DNA of 64,000 bases from Haliotis rubra (taxonomy: Eukaryota): positions 496,001-560,000 of the forward strand of contig NW_025767252.1 in assembly GCF_003918875.1 (NCBI RefSeq), read 5' to 3'. Position 1 is the first letter of the stretch, and each line of letters opens with the position of its first letter. Shown here piece by piece: positions 13,196 to 26,600 of the stretch. Under the pieces are notes generated by a model. That model saw only the letters and a list, made by a program, of their open reading frames with translations, ran no database searches and had not been told where the DNA came from. Both the position numbers and the translations under genes were made by a program.

Positions 13196-14795
13196 TTACA
13201 TGTATGCCAAGTCAGACACATAGACTTGACTGTGGTTACACGTGAACACCTTAATAGGTCCCTCAGTTCTGAGACAAACATACATGTAACCATATGGGTC
13301 TACACAGACACCCGCAGGACACGTAACACCGCCCTCTTCTGTCAGTATGTTTCTGACAAACTGTCCTGACTCAGTCAGATGAATGACTCTGTGTAGACTG
13401 CAGTCTGTAACCAGGATGTCGCCTGTGACAGTACTTGTGATACCCTGAGGACACTTCAGTGCTGTGTCTCCTGTAGGGCTGTAGCTGAATACCACATCTC
13501 CCTCGGGGGTCAGACACACGACACAGTTAGTTCCACAGTCAGACACCAAGATGTTACCTGTCATCGTGGTACTGAGGAAGTCGGGATACTGTAAGATCCT
13601 GTTACCTTTGTGGAGTGGACTGATAGACCTCAGCACGTTTCCTGTCATATCCAGGATATTAACACAGGGAGCGGAGTGGGAACCAACTGCTAGTGTTGAT
13701 GGAGGCAGGGACGTTATACCCACATACTGTTTGCTGGTAGTGATGGTTGACCGCAGTACCAGGTCAGGGTTCACTTCAACTATTACAATCTTGTTCCTGC
13801 TCGGGACAGTGACAGCCAACCGGTTGTATGTCAACTTGGTCAGACTCAATGGAGGACCATCCATACTGAGTTTACTGTGCTGTGTCTGTTTGTTCTTGAC
13901 GTAGAAGGACTTCACACTGCTGTTATCCCAGTCTGTGACTACAACGGTGTCTATGTCATTCACCACCAGCACTGTCACGTCTATGGGGTTTAGTTTACTC
14001 CTCTCGTCTGCTACTTTGATGTCAATGGTGTCTTGTAACACAGGAGTAGCCTTCAGGTCCAGCACACTCTCATACAGGACCTCTATCTCACCCAGCTGTA
14101 GATCGTCCAGTGCTTTATTCAGCTTGTCTGTGTCTTGTCTGAATGTGACACTGGCTATTCTTCCTCTCTCCTTCAGGTCAGCGTCTCCGACAGCCTCCAC
14201 ATAACCAGCCTCACATCCATGATACATCTCATACACATCCATGTCACACTCAGATTGTAGAGCCTGGTCTATCAGCTCCGTTTGTTGCTGGTACATCTGT
14301 ACTGACATCTCATCTGACTTTATGTCTGCTTTCAATTGTCCGATGTGTTTATGTGAAATAGTTTCCATCCGATCGAGCAGTTTCCTTTCTTTTTTCTTGG
14401 CCTGATCCATAACTTTCTGGCATGCGGACTGAATGTGTGACTTCATCAGTGAATAATGATCTCTCTCTCTCTGCTCCTGCAACTTTTGTTCCTTCACACG
14501 AAGTTTCGCCTCACCTTCCTTCTTTGTTAATGACTTCTTCATTTCTGTCAGCTCTGTTTTCATTGTCACCATCTGTGAGGGGATCGTGACAACGGCAGCA
14601 CATTTCCTGTGGTAAAGTATGCAACATTTCTGACACACGGCCTTCTCGCAGTCCCTACAGAGAAATTCTAGTTTGTGCTCCTTGCGACTCCGCTTTCCCT
14701 TCACATTGACCTTTGACAGAAATGATGCTCAGTTGTGAGCTCCATAACATTTCTCACAGAGTGCACAGACGGAGCACCAAGCAACAGGCCTTTAT
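13196..14795 (-). pseudogene. TRIM-NHL copy 2, exon 2; B-box region deleted/scrambled and frameshifted as assembled
   Basis: The 502-aa ORF is highly similar to copy 1. From the conserved acceptor (14797-14796) the spliced frame reaches TGA near 14703; multiple deletions lie in 14670-14795. Confidence 0.75.
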
Positions 14796-14839
14796 CTGTA
14801 AACACATCACATTTGCAAATTAACATCTCACGTACTTTG

Positions 14840-17800
14840 AAGAAGAAAACAAGCCTGTATTTTAGGCATTGACCTCTCCCGACAGGTCAGTGACGTCATG
14901 GTGACGAAATGATGGGTGTTGCAGTTGTGAATGACAGGTCCATATATCATTATCATTTCTAGAGACCAAAGAAGAAGAGAACGCAATTTCTTGTTGTTTA
15001 ATTAAGTACTTTTGCCATATAAAGAATTCTCAGGTTATCAAGAGTAGGACATGTAAGGACAGAGTGGATTTCATTCTCTATACCTCTTTTACATAACATA
15101 CAAATCAATTTCCTTTTATCAATCCTTATTTTCTACCTTGATTGATCATTAAGTCTGACAAATCAATCTGAATCAAACAACTAAGTCACGTAACGTTCCA
15201 GAAGTGAATACGAAAAGGTATTTTAAACGATCTGTAAGATTCAAATGTTGTACTTTCGTTTTATATTCGATTTCCAATAATGAAAAAATATATTTATGGA
15301 GCGTTCCCTGAATTTATTTTTACAAGAAGACAAAGTCATCAATATCCCCTGCAATGTCAAAATACTCTTTTTGATTATGTCTACGAGTTATGATTATGTC
15401 AAATATTTAGGTGTGTACAAAGAAAAGTGGAAGGACAATAATGAAAGGTTTTAAAGTTTTGCTCCAGAAAGGAGCACTATCACCAATTTCAGTCTATGTC
15501 AAACTTGTTGCCATGGAAATGCCAAAAATATTTATTCAAGATTCCAAAACTACCAAAGGCACCAGTACACCACCAGGTCTATGTATGTGCCAAGTTTGGT
15601 GAAGAAACATTAATCGGTTTTAGAGTACTGCTCCGGAAAAGTGCACTACCACTAATTTCTGTTTTAGTCAAACTTGTTGCCACGAAAACATAAAATTATT
15701 TTATTCAGATTTCCAAAACTACCAAAAGGCACCAGTACACCACCAGATCTATGTATGTGATACATGTTTGTTGAAGACATAGTGAACGGTTTTAGAGTTC
15801 AGCTCCGGCAAAAGAACAAACCACCAATTTCAGTCTAAGTCAAACTTGTTGCCACGGAAACGCCAAAAAATATTTTATTCAGATTTCCAAAACTACCAAA
15901 AGGCACCAGTACCACCAGATCTATGTATGTGACAAGTTTGTTGAAGACATAGTGAACGGTTTTAGAGTTCTGTCCGGAAAAGAACAAACCACCAATTTCA
16001 GTCTAAGTCAAACTTGTTGCCACGGAAACGCCAAAAATATTTTATTCAGATTTCCAAAACTACCAAACGGCACCAGTACACCACCAGATCTATGTATGTG
16101 CCAAGTTTGTTGAAGACATAGTGAACGGTTTTAAGAGTTCAGCTCCGGAAAAGTGCACTACCACCAATTTTAGTCTAAGTCAAACCTGTTGCCACGGAAA
16201 CGCCAAAAATTATTTTATTCAGATTTCCAAAACTACCAAAAGGCACCAGTACACCACCAGATCTATGTATGTGACATGTTTGTTGAAGACATAGTGAACG
16301 GTTTTTAATACCCCAAGAGAGTTCAGCTCCGGCAAAGAACAAACCACCAATTTCAGTCTAAGTCAAACTTGTTGCCACGGAAACGCCAAAAAATATTTTA
16401 TTCAGATTTCCAAAACTACCAAAAGGCACCAGTACACCACCAGATCTATGTATGTGACAATTTTGTTGAAGACATAGTGAACGGTTTTAGAGTTCTGCTC
16501 CGGAAAAGAACAAACCACCAATTTCAGTCTAAGTCAAACTTGTTGCCACGGAAACGCCAAAAATATTTTATTCAGATTTCCAAAACTACCAAACGGCACA
16601 AGTACACCACCAGATCTATGTATGTGCCAAGTTTGGTGAAGACATAGTGAACGGTTTTAAGAGTTCAGCTCCGGAAAAGTGCACTACCACCAATTTCAGT
16701 CTAAGTCAAACCTGTTGCCACGGAAACGCCAAAAATATTTTATTCAGATTTCCAAAACTACCAAAAGGCATCAGTACACCACCAGATCTATGTATGTGCC
16801 AAGTTTGTTGAAGACAAAGTGAACGGTTTTAGAGTTCAGCTCCGGAAAAGACAAATGTGCACGGACGGACCCTCCTACGGAGTCCATTTTAATACCCCCC
16901 GCAAAACGCGTTGTGGGGGATAAAAAATATACGAACATTACCAACTGTCTGGGACAACCAGACAATGCCATAACCGTATGAGAGTAAAAAGTTTCGAATG
17001 TGTGAAGCCCATGTTACCTTACCTACCTAAGTGTAGGAGCATATTGTAGGTTATTTTCGGTAGACGTTGTTCATGAATGTCTAAAATGTGTAACCAGAAT
17101 TTACGGCATCTGTTTTGTTTAGTGGATATCTACCACATTCACCATAATCCATAGAATTCGTCGTAGAGGGCGCCACCCTAAGATATATTTACACGCAAAA
17201 AGGTGGGGTTTGTTCAATATTATCTTCGGAATCGCCATACTTCTGAACCGTAAATTAATATTGTTTTTTGTTGAGAATCTAACAGTTTAAAAAAGACATT
17301 TTGGGGGAATATTTCAAAGTTTAGAACAAATGTGGATTTCTTGAAGCTATTTTGTGAGGAAATGCTAAACCAAGATATGCGTGAAATTGTAAGCATTGAC
17401 AGGCTTTCTTTGAAAACTCGGCCCACCCCTCCTATATACTACAATTTTATTTTTTTACAAATTTACCGATAGTTTCCATTCATTGCTATATTTTTCAAAA
17501 AAATTCAGTTGAGTTTGTGGTCCAAGAATAGGGTCTGATACTAATATTACATCATCAGGAAAGAGAAGTATTAGAAGTTCTGCTAATTTAGGTAACATTT
17601 GTAATCGATGTTTACCACAATTAAGAATTTTAAAGTACAATTCATTGATGAAAAAGGAAAACGGAATAGGACTAAGCATGCATCCCTGACGCATCCCATT
17701 AGGACAAGCAAACAAGTCTGTGAGGTCATATCCACAACGAACACATGATTTAACATTTGCATACATAGCATTCAAGGTGGAATACATTTTACCTCTCAGG

Positions 17801-18870
17801 CCAACTTTTGTGATACATTGTCACAATTTAGAACAATCAACTAAGTCAAATGCTTTTTAAAAATCTACAAAGGCCGTTTTTTAATTATTGCATATAAAGT
17901 AAACATGTTATCAGTAAGTTTATAGTTCTCTCGGAAACCAGTCTGGCATTCTGGTAGTGTGTCGTGCATATTTGCCCAAAGCGAAATTCTGTTCTTAAGG
18001 AGTCACTCGTCAGTGATATACACCTATAGTTGTCTGGAGTTTTTGAGTCCCCCTTATTGACTTCTTGAGGAACGGGATTATAACTGAGGACGCCCAGAAA
18101 TGTGGGAAAATATCTTCATCAAAGATTTTGTTAAAATGTTTCTAATGAATGACAGAATTTCAGGCCTCGAACATTTCCACATTTCAGCTAAGATATGATC
18201 AAGGCCTACTGCCATTCGTAATTTCAAGTGGTTAATAGCTTCACCTTTCTCACTATCACTTATGGCTGATTCCATTAACAATTTGTCCACATGGACATAG
18301 GGTGCACTGAGCATATTATCATTAACATCAACGTTTACATTAGTTTTACAGAGTTTTATTAGTTTACAAAACTGTGATGGGCAGTAGATAGTATGTGTTA
18401 ATCAGTATTTTTTTCATTTATTTAGGTCAGCAATAAAGTTTCTGCAGCCTGTTCGATATACGTTTGTATTTCGTTCTACTGTATATAACTTCATAAACGT
18501 TTGTACGACATTTTCTAAACATTTTCGGGCGTCCGGCATAGCAACCTTACATTCTGGAGGTAGACGTGGTTTCTTCGAGTCATATTGTACATTTTTACTA
18601 CTAAAATATCAACAAAGTTCTCTATTGCTTGATTTAGGTTCAAATTAATTTGCCCAAGTAGCGAAAAGATTATTTGAGAGCATATTCTCTCGTACGATTA
18701 AAAAATACATCGGAACAGGAAACTATTTTTAAATTAAGGATGCAATCTATGTTTTTAACACGAATAATGTTCGAACCTGTCAAGAGAAGAAATAATGCAC
18801 TCGGCATCCTTTGGAGCATTGTTCCCTTGTCCTGATCGTGTATTCAGATCACCACAGATTAATATATGGT
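14840..18870 (-). mobile_element. Degenerate non-LTR retrotransposon (RT; CR1/L2/RTEX-like) in the TRIM copy 2 intron
   Basis: RT motifs in broken ORFs: G.DHILAEMWK, KAFD, GMRQGCMLSP, LFPDD, LIYGSEVW. Intron homology to copy 1 stops at ~14838 and resumes at ~18872. Confidence 0.75.
15322..16926 (+). mobile_element. Helentron-associated (HINE-like) non-autonomous element with ~8 x 171-bp internal repeats
   Basis: Starts acaag...aatatcccctgc; central ~171-bp array with gttgccacggaaacg; (acgg)n microsatellite; aatacccccc then hairpin cccccgcaa/ttgtggggg followed by an A-run. Confidence 0.7.
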
Positions 18871-19129
18871 TATCTCGCCTACTTGAAACACTTACACATG
18901 TTTATCTCTCATTGTATCTTTATAGCACAGGAAACACTAGTAACAAACATTGACCAACTCAGTAACACCCTACTGACACATTTCTGTGACGATCACTTAT
19001 TGAATTCTGTGGAGCCCCCAGCGACACATAAGCTGGCCACTTTATATGGTACACCTGTAGTCCATCTGTAGGCGTTGCTTTATACATGGGAGTCTCAGTA
19101 CAATGGTTGGGGGTTTCGTCAACTGGGAT

Positions 19130-19625
19130 GGTCGGGACAGGGGAACTGAACTCCTGGGGTGGATGGGAAAGTTGAATGGGAGTGCTGAGGTGGGTGTGAC
19201 AGGTGAATCGGAGTGCTGGGGTGGGTGTGACAGGTGAATGTGAATGCTGGGGTGGGTGGGACAGTTGAATGGGAGTGCTGGGGTGGGTGGGACAGTTGAA
19301 TGGGAGTGCTGGGGTGGGTGGGACAGTTGAATGGGAGTGCTGGGGTGGGTGGGACAGTTGAATGGGAGTGCTGGGGTGGGTGGGACAGTTGAATGGGAAT
19401 GGTGGGGTGGGTGGGACAGGTGAATGGGAGTGCTGGGGTGGGTGGGAACAAGTGAATGGGGTGATGGGGTGGGTGGGACAGGTGAATGGGAGTGTGGGGT
19501 AGATGGGACAGGTGAATGGGAGTGCTGGGGTGGGTGGGACAGGTGAATGGGAGTGCTGGAGTGGGTGGGACAGGTGAATGGGAGCGTTGGGGTGGGTGTG
19601 ACAGGTGAATGGGGCTGCAGGGTGG
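19130..19625. repeat. 32-bp G-rich minisatellite in TRIM copy 2 intron
   Basis: gggacagttgaatgggagtgctggggtgggt(g) units, more homogeneous than in copy 1. Confidence 0.92.
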
Positions 19626-19785
19626 GTAAGACCGTTGAGTGTTGGGTCGGTGGTTGTTTCCTCAAAATGGAAAACGTATGGCAGACACACACTGATGGAC
19701 AGACATGGTGATCGCTACATCCTACCGCTTCTTAACCAGGAATATCACGAAATCTCTTTGGTAGAGAGTATATAGTGGTGTGTAC

Positions 19786-20077
19786 CTTTGGATCCAGGAC
19801 CAAACGTGTCCAAGAGTCCCTGGATGACGAAGATAGGCTTGATGTCATCCGCCCACTCCTCCACTGGTCTCTCAGGGGCAGACACTTTCGTCATCTTTCT
19901 GCAGAATGGACACAGGAGGGACTTGGCACTGATGGCTTCTGGTCTGGTTTTGGTGTAGTTGACGATACATTTCCGACAGAAGGTGTGATTACACACAAGT
20001 GTACAGGGTTTGTCAAACACCCCTGTACATATTGTACAGGACAAGAAATGGTCCGTCAGCTTCTGAGAGGTTGCCAT
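19786..20077 (-). CDS. TRIM-NHL copy 2, RING exon
   Basis: Near-identical to the copy 1 RING exon (4 aa differences); donor AAAG|GT at 19785. Confidence 0.85.
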
Positions 20078-21899
20078 CTGAAACCAGGAAAATAATGTCT
20101 ACACTCTAGACATCAATCTAACATTGTCCAACTGCAGGTGATTCAGAACCTCTGTACAGACAGGTGACTGTAAAGTTAAACTCACTCACTCACTGTCTCA
20201 ATGTACCTCAGGTGATGCTGATGCCCACAGTGTGTACATATCACGTTTTACAGATTGGTCAGATAGTAAAGTATGCAATTGAAGCTTATGGCATATACAA
20301 ACGGTTTCAATACTGTCTATGGTATATGTAACCATCTTTGGTTCTGTGGAATTACGATTTGCACACACGAATCAGTCAAGGTTATTGTGTGTAATGAATC
20401 GTCGGGTATTGTCAATGGATGTGACTGATATAGACCAATCTTCATTGAAAGCAGTCTAAGTAAACTTAGGCTAAGTATTATTCGTTACACTGACGGTCGC
20501 GTCAGCTAACCTTTTGAACTGACCAATCAGAACACAGTTTACCAAATCGCGAAAGGTAACATTCGCACATGCCGTTTGAACTTTTACCTCGAAAACGTTT
20601 GTATTCGAACGATTCCGAATGCTATTTTCCGCATGTTATATAAACTTATCTACTTATTGCACAACAAGATGTAAACAAAATGAAACTACTTAATAGTGAA
20701 AACAAACAAATAAAAATAATCAATTGAGAAAAACTACTATTCCCTGCGAAATTGAATGTTAATTATGCTCAAATCTAATGTTTTGTTTAGTTGACAGTTT
20801 TGGTGAAAAACTGTTTCAATGGAGTTAGAATGTTAATTAAGAATATCGAGGTGGCGACAGAGAGGTCGACGTTATGACGTCACTATCGTTGAATAACCTA
20901 GTTTGGTTACACAATACTCGACTTTCGTTAATCAACAACTGTTTCAAATAACCAAACTCATCTCATAAAGATATTCAGAACATATGTATAATAATTAGTA
21001 ACTTACCGGGTAGTAATGCACATTACCGGGCGCACTTTTTCAGATTAATTAAATCCTAAACCCTAAGGATCGAAGACTGGCAGCGAAGGGAGCCGGCGCA
21101 ATTATCGCGATATAGCGAGACAGCGCTGCAGCGCAGTAACGGTATAGCGCGAAAATTGCTCAGCGGCTGGTGCCGAGCCCGGTGAACTGCATTCAAGCCG
21201 TGACTTGGGTGGAAGGCCGCTTCGATCGTTGAAGAAAGCCCGAAGTAATGCTGGTCTCAGACGTTCGCCAACCAACAGAATAGGTTCGGTCTTAATAAAC
21301 CAAGAAACATTATCAGAATTAATCGTGATTCGAGACGGCAATGACAGATCTGTGGAGTATCCAAGGGACGCAACTCTGCACCGCGTATAGACGGAGTTAC
21401 CTACAGTGAACACGTACAGTGTATCACACGTGCTGGTATGGTCTCTGCACACAGCAGGGCTGAGACATCTCAGTCTGTGATGTCCCTGGCTCGTCTAACG
21501 GTTAACATACATCCCCGTCATGCCACCTGTGTCCATGTCAAGACAGCAGTAGGCCTACTGCAGTACGCACTGAGACAAAATATACATATGTTTATTGATA
21601 CAGCTATGATATCAGTGCGGCATGACTATACGTAATTACTGCTACTAATAGCTTTATATTGTATTGTAGTAGCAGTGTTTGCGTGACTATAACAACTTTA
21701 TAATAAGCAGCAGTTTTTGTAAGACTGAAACTTTCACACTTTAATTATTATGAACAGCGATGGGTGAACAATGGTTAGAACCAAGCGTCGAAAATCGGAT
21801 TCGAACCTCTTGAACAAAGTTTCCTGTTCATTAGTCAGTGGATTTCCGAAGAGATGTTTCATATGAGCTGATCACTCGCCGGAAATTCCTACAAAGATT

Positions 21900-23200
21900 G
21901 GGCTATCCCTTGGGAACCATAAGCTGGATGTAGTATCTGAATTCAAATTCCTGGGAGTGTATTTTGATCAGACACTTACAAGACATATATTAATTGAATC
22001 TACGGAGTTACATACGTAAGCTGCATGTGACAATCATGACAATACAAAATATAAAAGGGCTGGAAACTTTATTCTTGAGAGCTGATATGAGTAATGGATA
22101 CAAGGTGTACATGGTTGTAGATGCTGAATACTACTGGGAGGGTTGGTGGGATTGCATTATCTTAGAGCCGAGCCGTGCCGTGTATATGCCGGGATACTTG
22201 CCGCTGTGCCCTCTAGCCAAGGGAGATAATAAATTGTAACAGAACGTAACATTAACAGTGCAAGGGAGGGAACTCCCCCAACACTAAATGAACGTAGGCA
22301 AAGCTGAACTGCGAAATTGCCACTCTCCTAATTTTTAAGAACTATTTTAAATTAAAATAATACTTTAATTGAATACAGTATATCTTTGTAGCCGTTGTAA
22401 CAGTGTTCTTAATCTTTTGAAGTGTGTGTCCAAAACACAATTGGGAGCTGATAATCTACCATGTTAGTGGTATATAAAGCGCTTATCTTGTCGAGGATTG
22501 ACTATGGCTGCCAAGTCTACAGGTGTGCCTCTAAAAAGTCACCTCATCAAACTTGATCGCATTCAATCTAGAGCTGTTAGAATTTTCACTGGAGCTTTTG
22601 TAACTACTCTAGTCTCGTCTCTTCAGGCTGAGTGTTCTGACATGCCCTTGTTTCTCAGACGCCAAAATATACCCCTGAAATACTTTATGAAGATGAAGAC
22701 TGGACAGCTATCATTCAGTGTCGGATGTACTTAATCAGTGTGTGGAGCATGTCATGTGTGACTGGTCCCATGGCAAGATTCCGTTTAAACATTCTGAAAC
22801 TAGCAGCACAACATGGAGTTGTTCACTTTAATCCAGTACATCCATCTACACCTTCTGAAAATGCTCCTAGGCTTCTCCTTAGGCCAGGACTATGCTATGA
22901 ACTCAGTTCCATCGTTCAGAAGGATACGTACACAAATACGGTGAAAGCGATTTCTGAGGACTTTATTCGGGAACGATATGCAGATTGTACACACATTTAG
23001 TAAGTACTGACGCCTCCAAGGATTCGACCTTGACCCGTCCTGCTGGAGCTTTCTGGATCCCTGATTACACTATCTCCGATGTGTTCAGGCTTCGTGATTA
23101 TAAATCAGGTTTTGCAGAAGAAATCATTGCAATTCTACAAGCACTGAGGCGGGTTGGTAGAAATACATTTCAAAAGCGTGAAATAGTTTGTCGTATTTAC
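21900..23200 (+). mobile_element. Decayed I-group (I/Nimb/Ingi-like) LINE: RT C-terminus plus RNase H
   Basis: EFKFLGVYFD, LNLLKCVS..WGAD-like, SRIDYG, LDRIQSRAVRIFTGAF, TDASK and EEIIAILQAL in shifting frames. Confidence 0.75.
22000..22364. mobile_element. Unclassified 365-bp insertion with 10-bp TSD inside the LINE relic
   Basis: ttaattgaat at 21990-21999 and 22365-22374; LINE motifs continue on both sides. Confidence 0.55.
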
Positions 23201-23357
23201 TGTATCTTGTAAAATCTACAAGTCGAGTGTGTGGATGTTATGGGGCAATTACGACCTATCAGAGTTAGCTGTGGCTTGAAGTACAGGTGAACCTGGCACT
23301 CCAGGGGCGAATATATCTCGTGATTAGTTAGAACTCCTTTCAATATCTTACGCTCCA

Positions 23358-23464
23358 GGCCTAGATTTTCGAAGCTCTCTTAGCGCTAAGATAGTCGTAA
23401 GTTAATGTTAATGTATGGCACTTACGACTATCTTAGCGCTAAGAGAGCTTCGAGAATCTAGGCC
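23358..23464. mobile_element. Hairpin MITE (~45-bp TIRs)
   Basis: ggcctagattttcgaagctctcttagcgctaagatagtcgtaagt ... acttacgactatcttagcgctaagagagcttcgagaatctaggcc, one mismatch. Confidence 0.85.
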
Positions 23465-23696
23465 CAGTATGTTAAAAAGCATACATCACAAACAACACTC
23501 AGTAAAGTGACAGAAGTTGCCACGCCAGGGTTGTGCCAGCACTCACCAGTTTCTGACAACCTCCTGGACCACTGGACAATGTCCGTCTGAGAAGTCTGTG
23601 GTTCGATTCCCGGTCGCATCATATCCGGAGTCCTTAAACCCTAATGTTCAAAGGCGTCAAACAATTGTACTTGCTTCCTGAACAGCGATCACAGCG

Positions 23697-26600
23697 ACCA
23701 GAACATCACAGTAGTATACCATCTGGACCAGAACATCACAGTCAGTGATCATAACATCACAGTCGGTAGTATACCAGCTGGACCAGAACATCACAGTCAG
23801 TAGTATACCAGCTGGACCAGAACATCACAGTCAGTAGTATACCAGCTGGACCAGAACATCACAGTCAGTAGTATACCAGCTGGACCAGAACATCACAGTC
23901 AGTAGTATACCAGCTGGACCAGAACATCACAGACAGTAGTATACCAGCTGGACCAGAACATCACAGTCAGTAGTATACCAGCTGGACCAGCTGGACCAGA
24001 ACATGGACAGTCAGTAGTATACCAGCTGGACCAGAACATCACAGTCAGTAGTATACCAGCTGGACCAGAACATCACAGTCAGTAGTATACCAGCTGGACC
24101 AGAACATCACAGACAGTAGTACACCAGCTGGACCAGAACATCACAGTCAGTAGTATACCAGCTGGACCAGAACATCACAGTCAGTAGTATACCAGCTGGA
24201 CCAGAACATCACAGTCAGTAGTATACCAGCTGGACCATCACAGACAGAGTATACCAGCTCACAGTCAGTAGTATACCAGCTGGACCAGAACATCACAGAT
24301 ACCAGCTGGACCAGAACATCACAGTATACCAGCTGAACCAGAACATCACAGACAGTAGTATACCAGCTGGACCAGAACATCACAGTAGTAGTACCCAGCT
24401 GGACCAGAACATCACAGACAGTAGTATACCAGCTGGACCAGAACATCACAGACAGTAGTATACTGGACCAGAACATCACACCAGTAAGTAGTATACCAGC
24501 TGGACCAGAACATCACAGACAGTAGTATACCAGCTGGACCAGAACATCACAGTCAGTAGTATACCAGCTGGACCAGAACATCACAGACAGTAGTACACCA
24601 GCTGGACCAGAACATTACAGTCAGTAGTACACCAGCTGGACCAGAACATCACAGACAGTAGTATACCAGCTGGACCAGAACATCACAGACAGTAGTATAC
24701 CAGCTGGACCAGAACATCACAGTCAGTAGTATACCAGCTGGACCAGAACATCACAGACAGTAGTATACCAGCTGGACCAGAACATCACAGTCAGTAGTAC
24801 ACCAGCTGGACCAGAACATCACAGTCAGTAGTACACCAGCTGGACCAGAACATCACAGTCAGTAGTATACCAGCTGGACCAGAACATCACAGTCAGTAGT
24901 ATACCAGCTGGACCAGAACATCACAGACAGTAGTACACCAGCTGGACCAGAACATCACAGACAGTAGTATACCAGCTGGACCAGAACATCACAGACAGTA
25001 GTATACCAGCTGGACCAGAACATCACAGTCAGTAGTATACCAGCTGGACCAGAACATCACAGTCAGTAGTACACCAGCTGGACCAGAACATCACAGACAG
25101 TAGTATACCAGCTGGACCAGAACATCACAGTCAGTAGTATACCAGCTGGACCAGAACATCACAGACAGTAGTATACCAGCTGGACCAGAACATCACAGTC
25201 AGTAGTATACCAGCTGGACCAGAACATCACAGTCAGTAGTATACCAGCTGGACCAGAACATCACAGACAGTAGTACACCAGCTGGACCAGAACATCACAG
25301 ACAGTAGTATACCAGCTGGACCAGAACATCACAGTCAGTAGTACACCAGCTGGACCAGAACATCACAGACAGTAGTATACCAGCTGGACCAGAACATCAC
25401 AGACAGTAGTATACCAGCTGGACCAGAACATCACAGTCAGTAGTATACCAGCTGGACCAGAACATCACAGACAGTAGTACACCAGCTGGACCAGAACATC
25501 ACAGACAGTAGTATACCAGCTGGACCAGAACATCACAGACAGTAGTATACCAGCTGGACCAGAACATCACAGACAGTAGTATACCAGCTGGACCAGAACA
25601 TCACAGACAGTAGTATACCAGCTGGACCAGAACATCACAGACAGTAGTATACCAGCTGGACCAGAACATCACAGACAGTAGTATACCAGCTGGACCAGAA
25701 CATCACAGACAGTAGTACACCAGCTGGACCAGAACATCACAGACAGTAGTATACCAGCTGGACCAGAACATCACAGACAGTACAGACCAGAACATCACAG
25801 TAGTAGTACCCAGCTGGACCAGAACATCACAGACAGTAGTATACCAGCTGGACCAGAACATCACAGACAGTAGTACACCAGCTGGACCAGAACATCACAG
25901 TCAGTAGTATACCAGCTGGACCAGAACATCACAGTCAGTAGTATACCAGCTGGACCAGAACATCACAGACAGTAGTATACCAGCTGGACCAGAACATCAC
26001 AGACAGTAGTACACCAGCTGGACCAGAACATCACAGACAGTAGTACACCAGCTGGACCAGAACATCACAGACAGTAGTACACCAGCTGGACCAGAACATC
26101 ACAGTCAGTAGTATACCAGCTGGACCAGAACATCACAGACAGTAGTATACCAGCTGGACCAGAACATCACAGACAGTAGTATACCAGCTGGACCAGAACA
26201 TCACAGTCAGTAGTACACCAGCTGGACCAGAACATCACAGTAGTATACAGTAGTACACCAGCTGGACCAGAACATCACAGTCAGTAGTATACCAGCTGGA
26301 CCAGAACATCACAGTCAGTAGTATACCAGCTGGACCAGAACATCACAGACAGTAGTATACCAGCTGGACCAGAACATCACAGACAGTAGTACCAGCTGGA
26401 CCAGCTGGACCAGAACATCACAGACAGTAGTATACCAGCTGGACCAGAACATCACAGACAGTAGTATACCAGCTGGACCAGAACATCACAGACAGTAGTA
26501 TACCAGCTGGACCAGAACATCACAGTCAGTAGTATACCAGCTGGACCAGAACATCACAGAACATCACAGACAGTAGTATACCAGCTGGACCAGAACATCA

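Noticed and set aside
20428-21390. Possible DNA transposon at the upstream end of TRIM copy 2 homology
   Set aside because: Repeat-like and CpG-rich, but I could not identify convincing TIRs, TSD or coding motifs.
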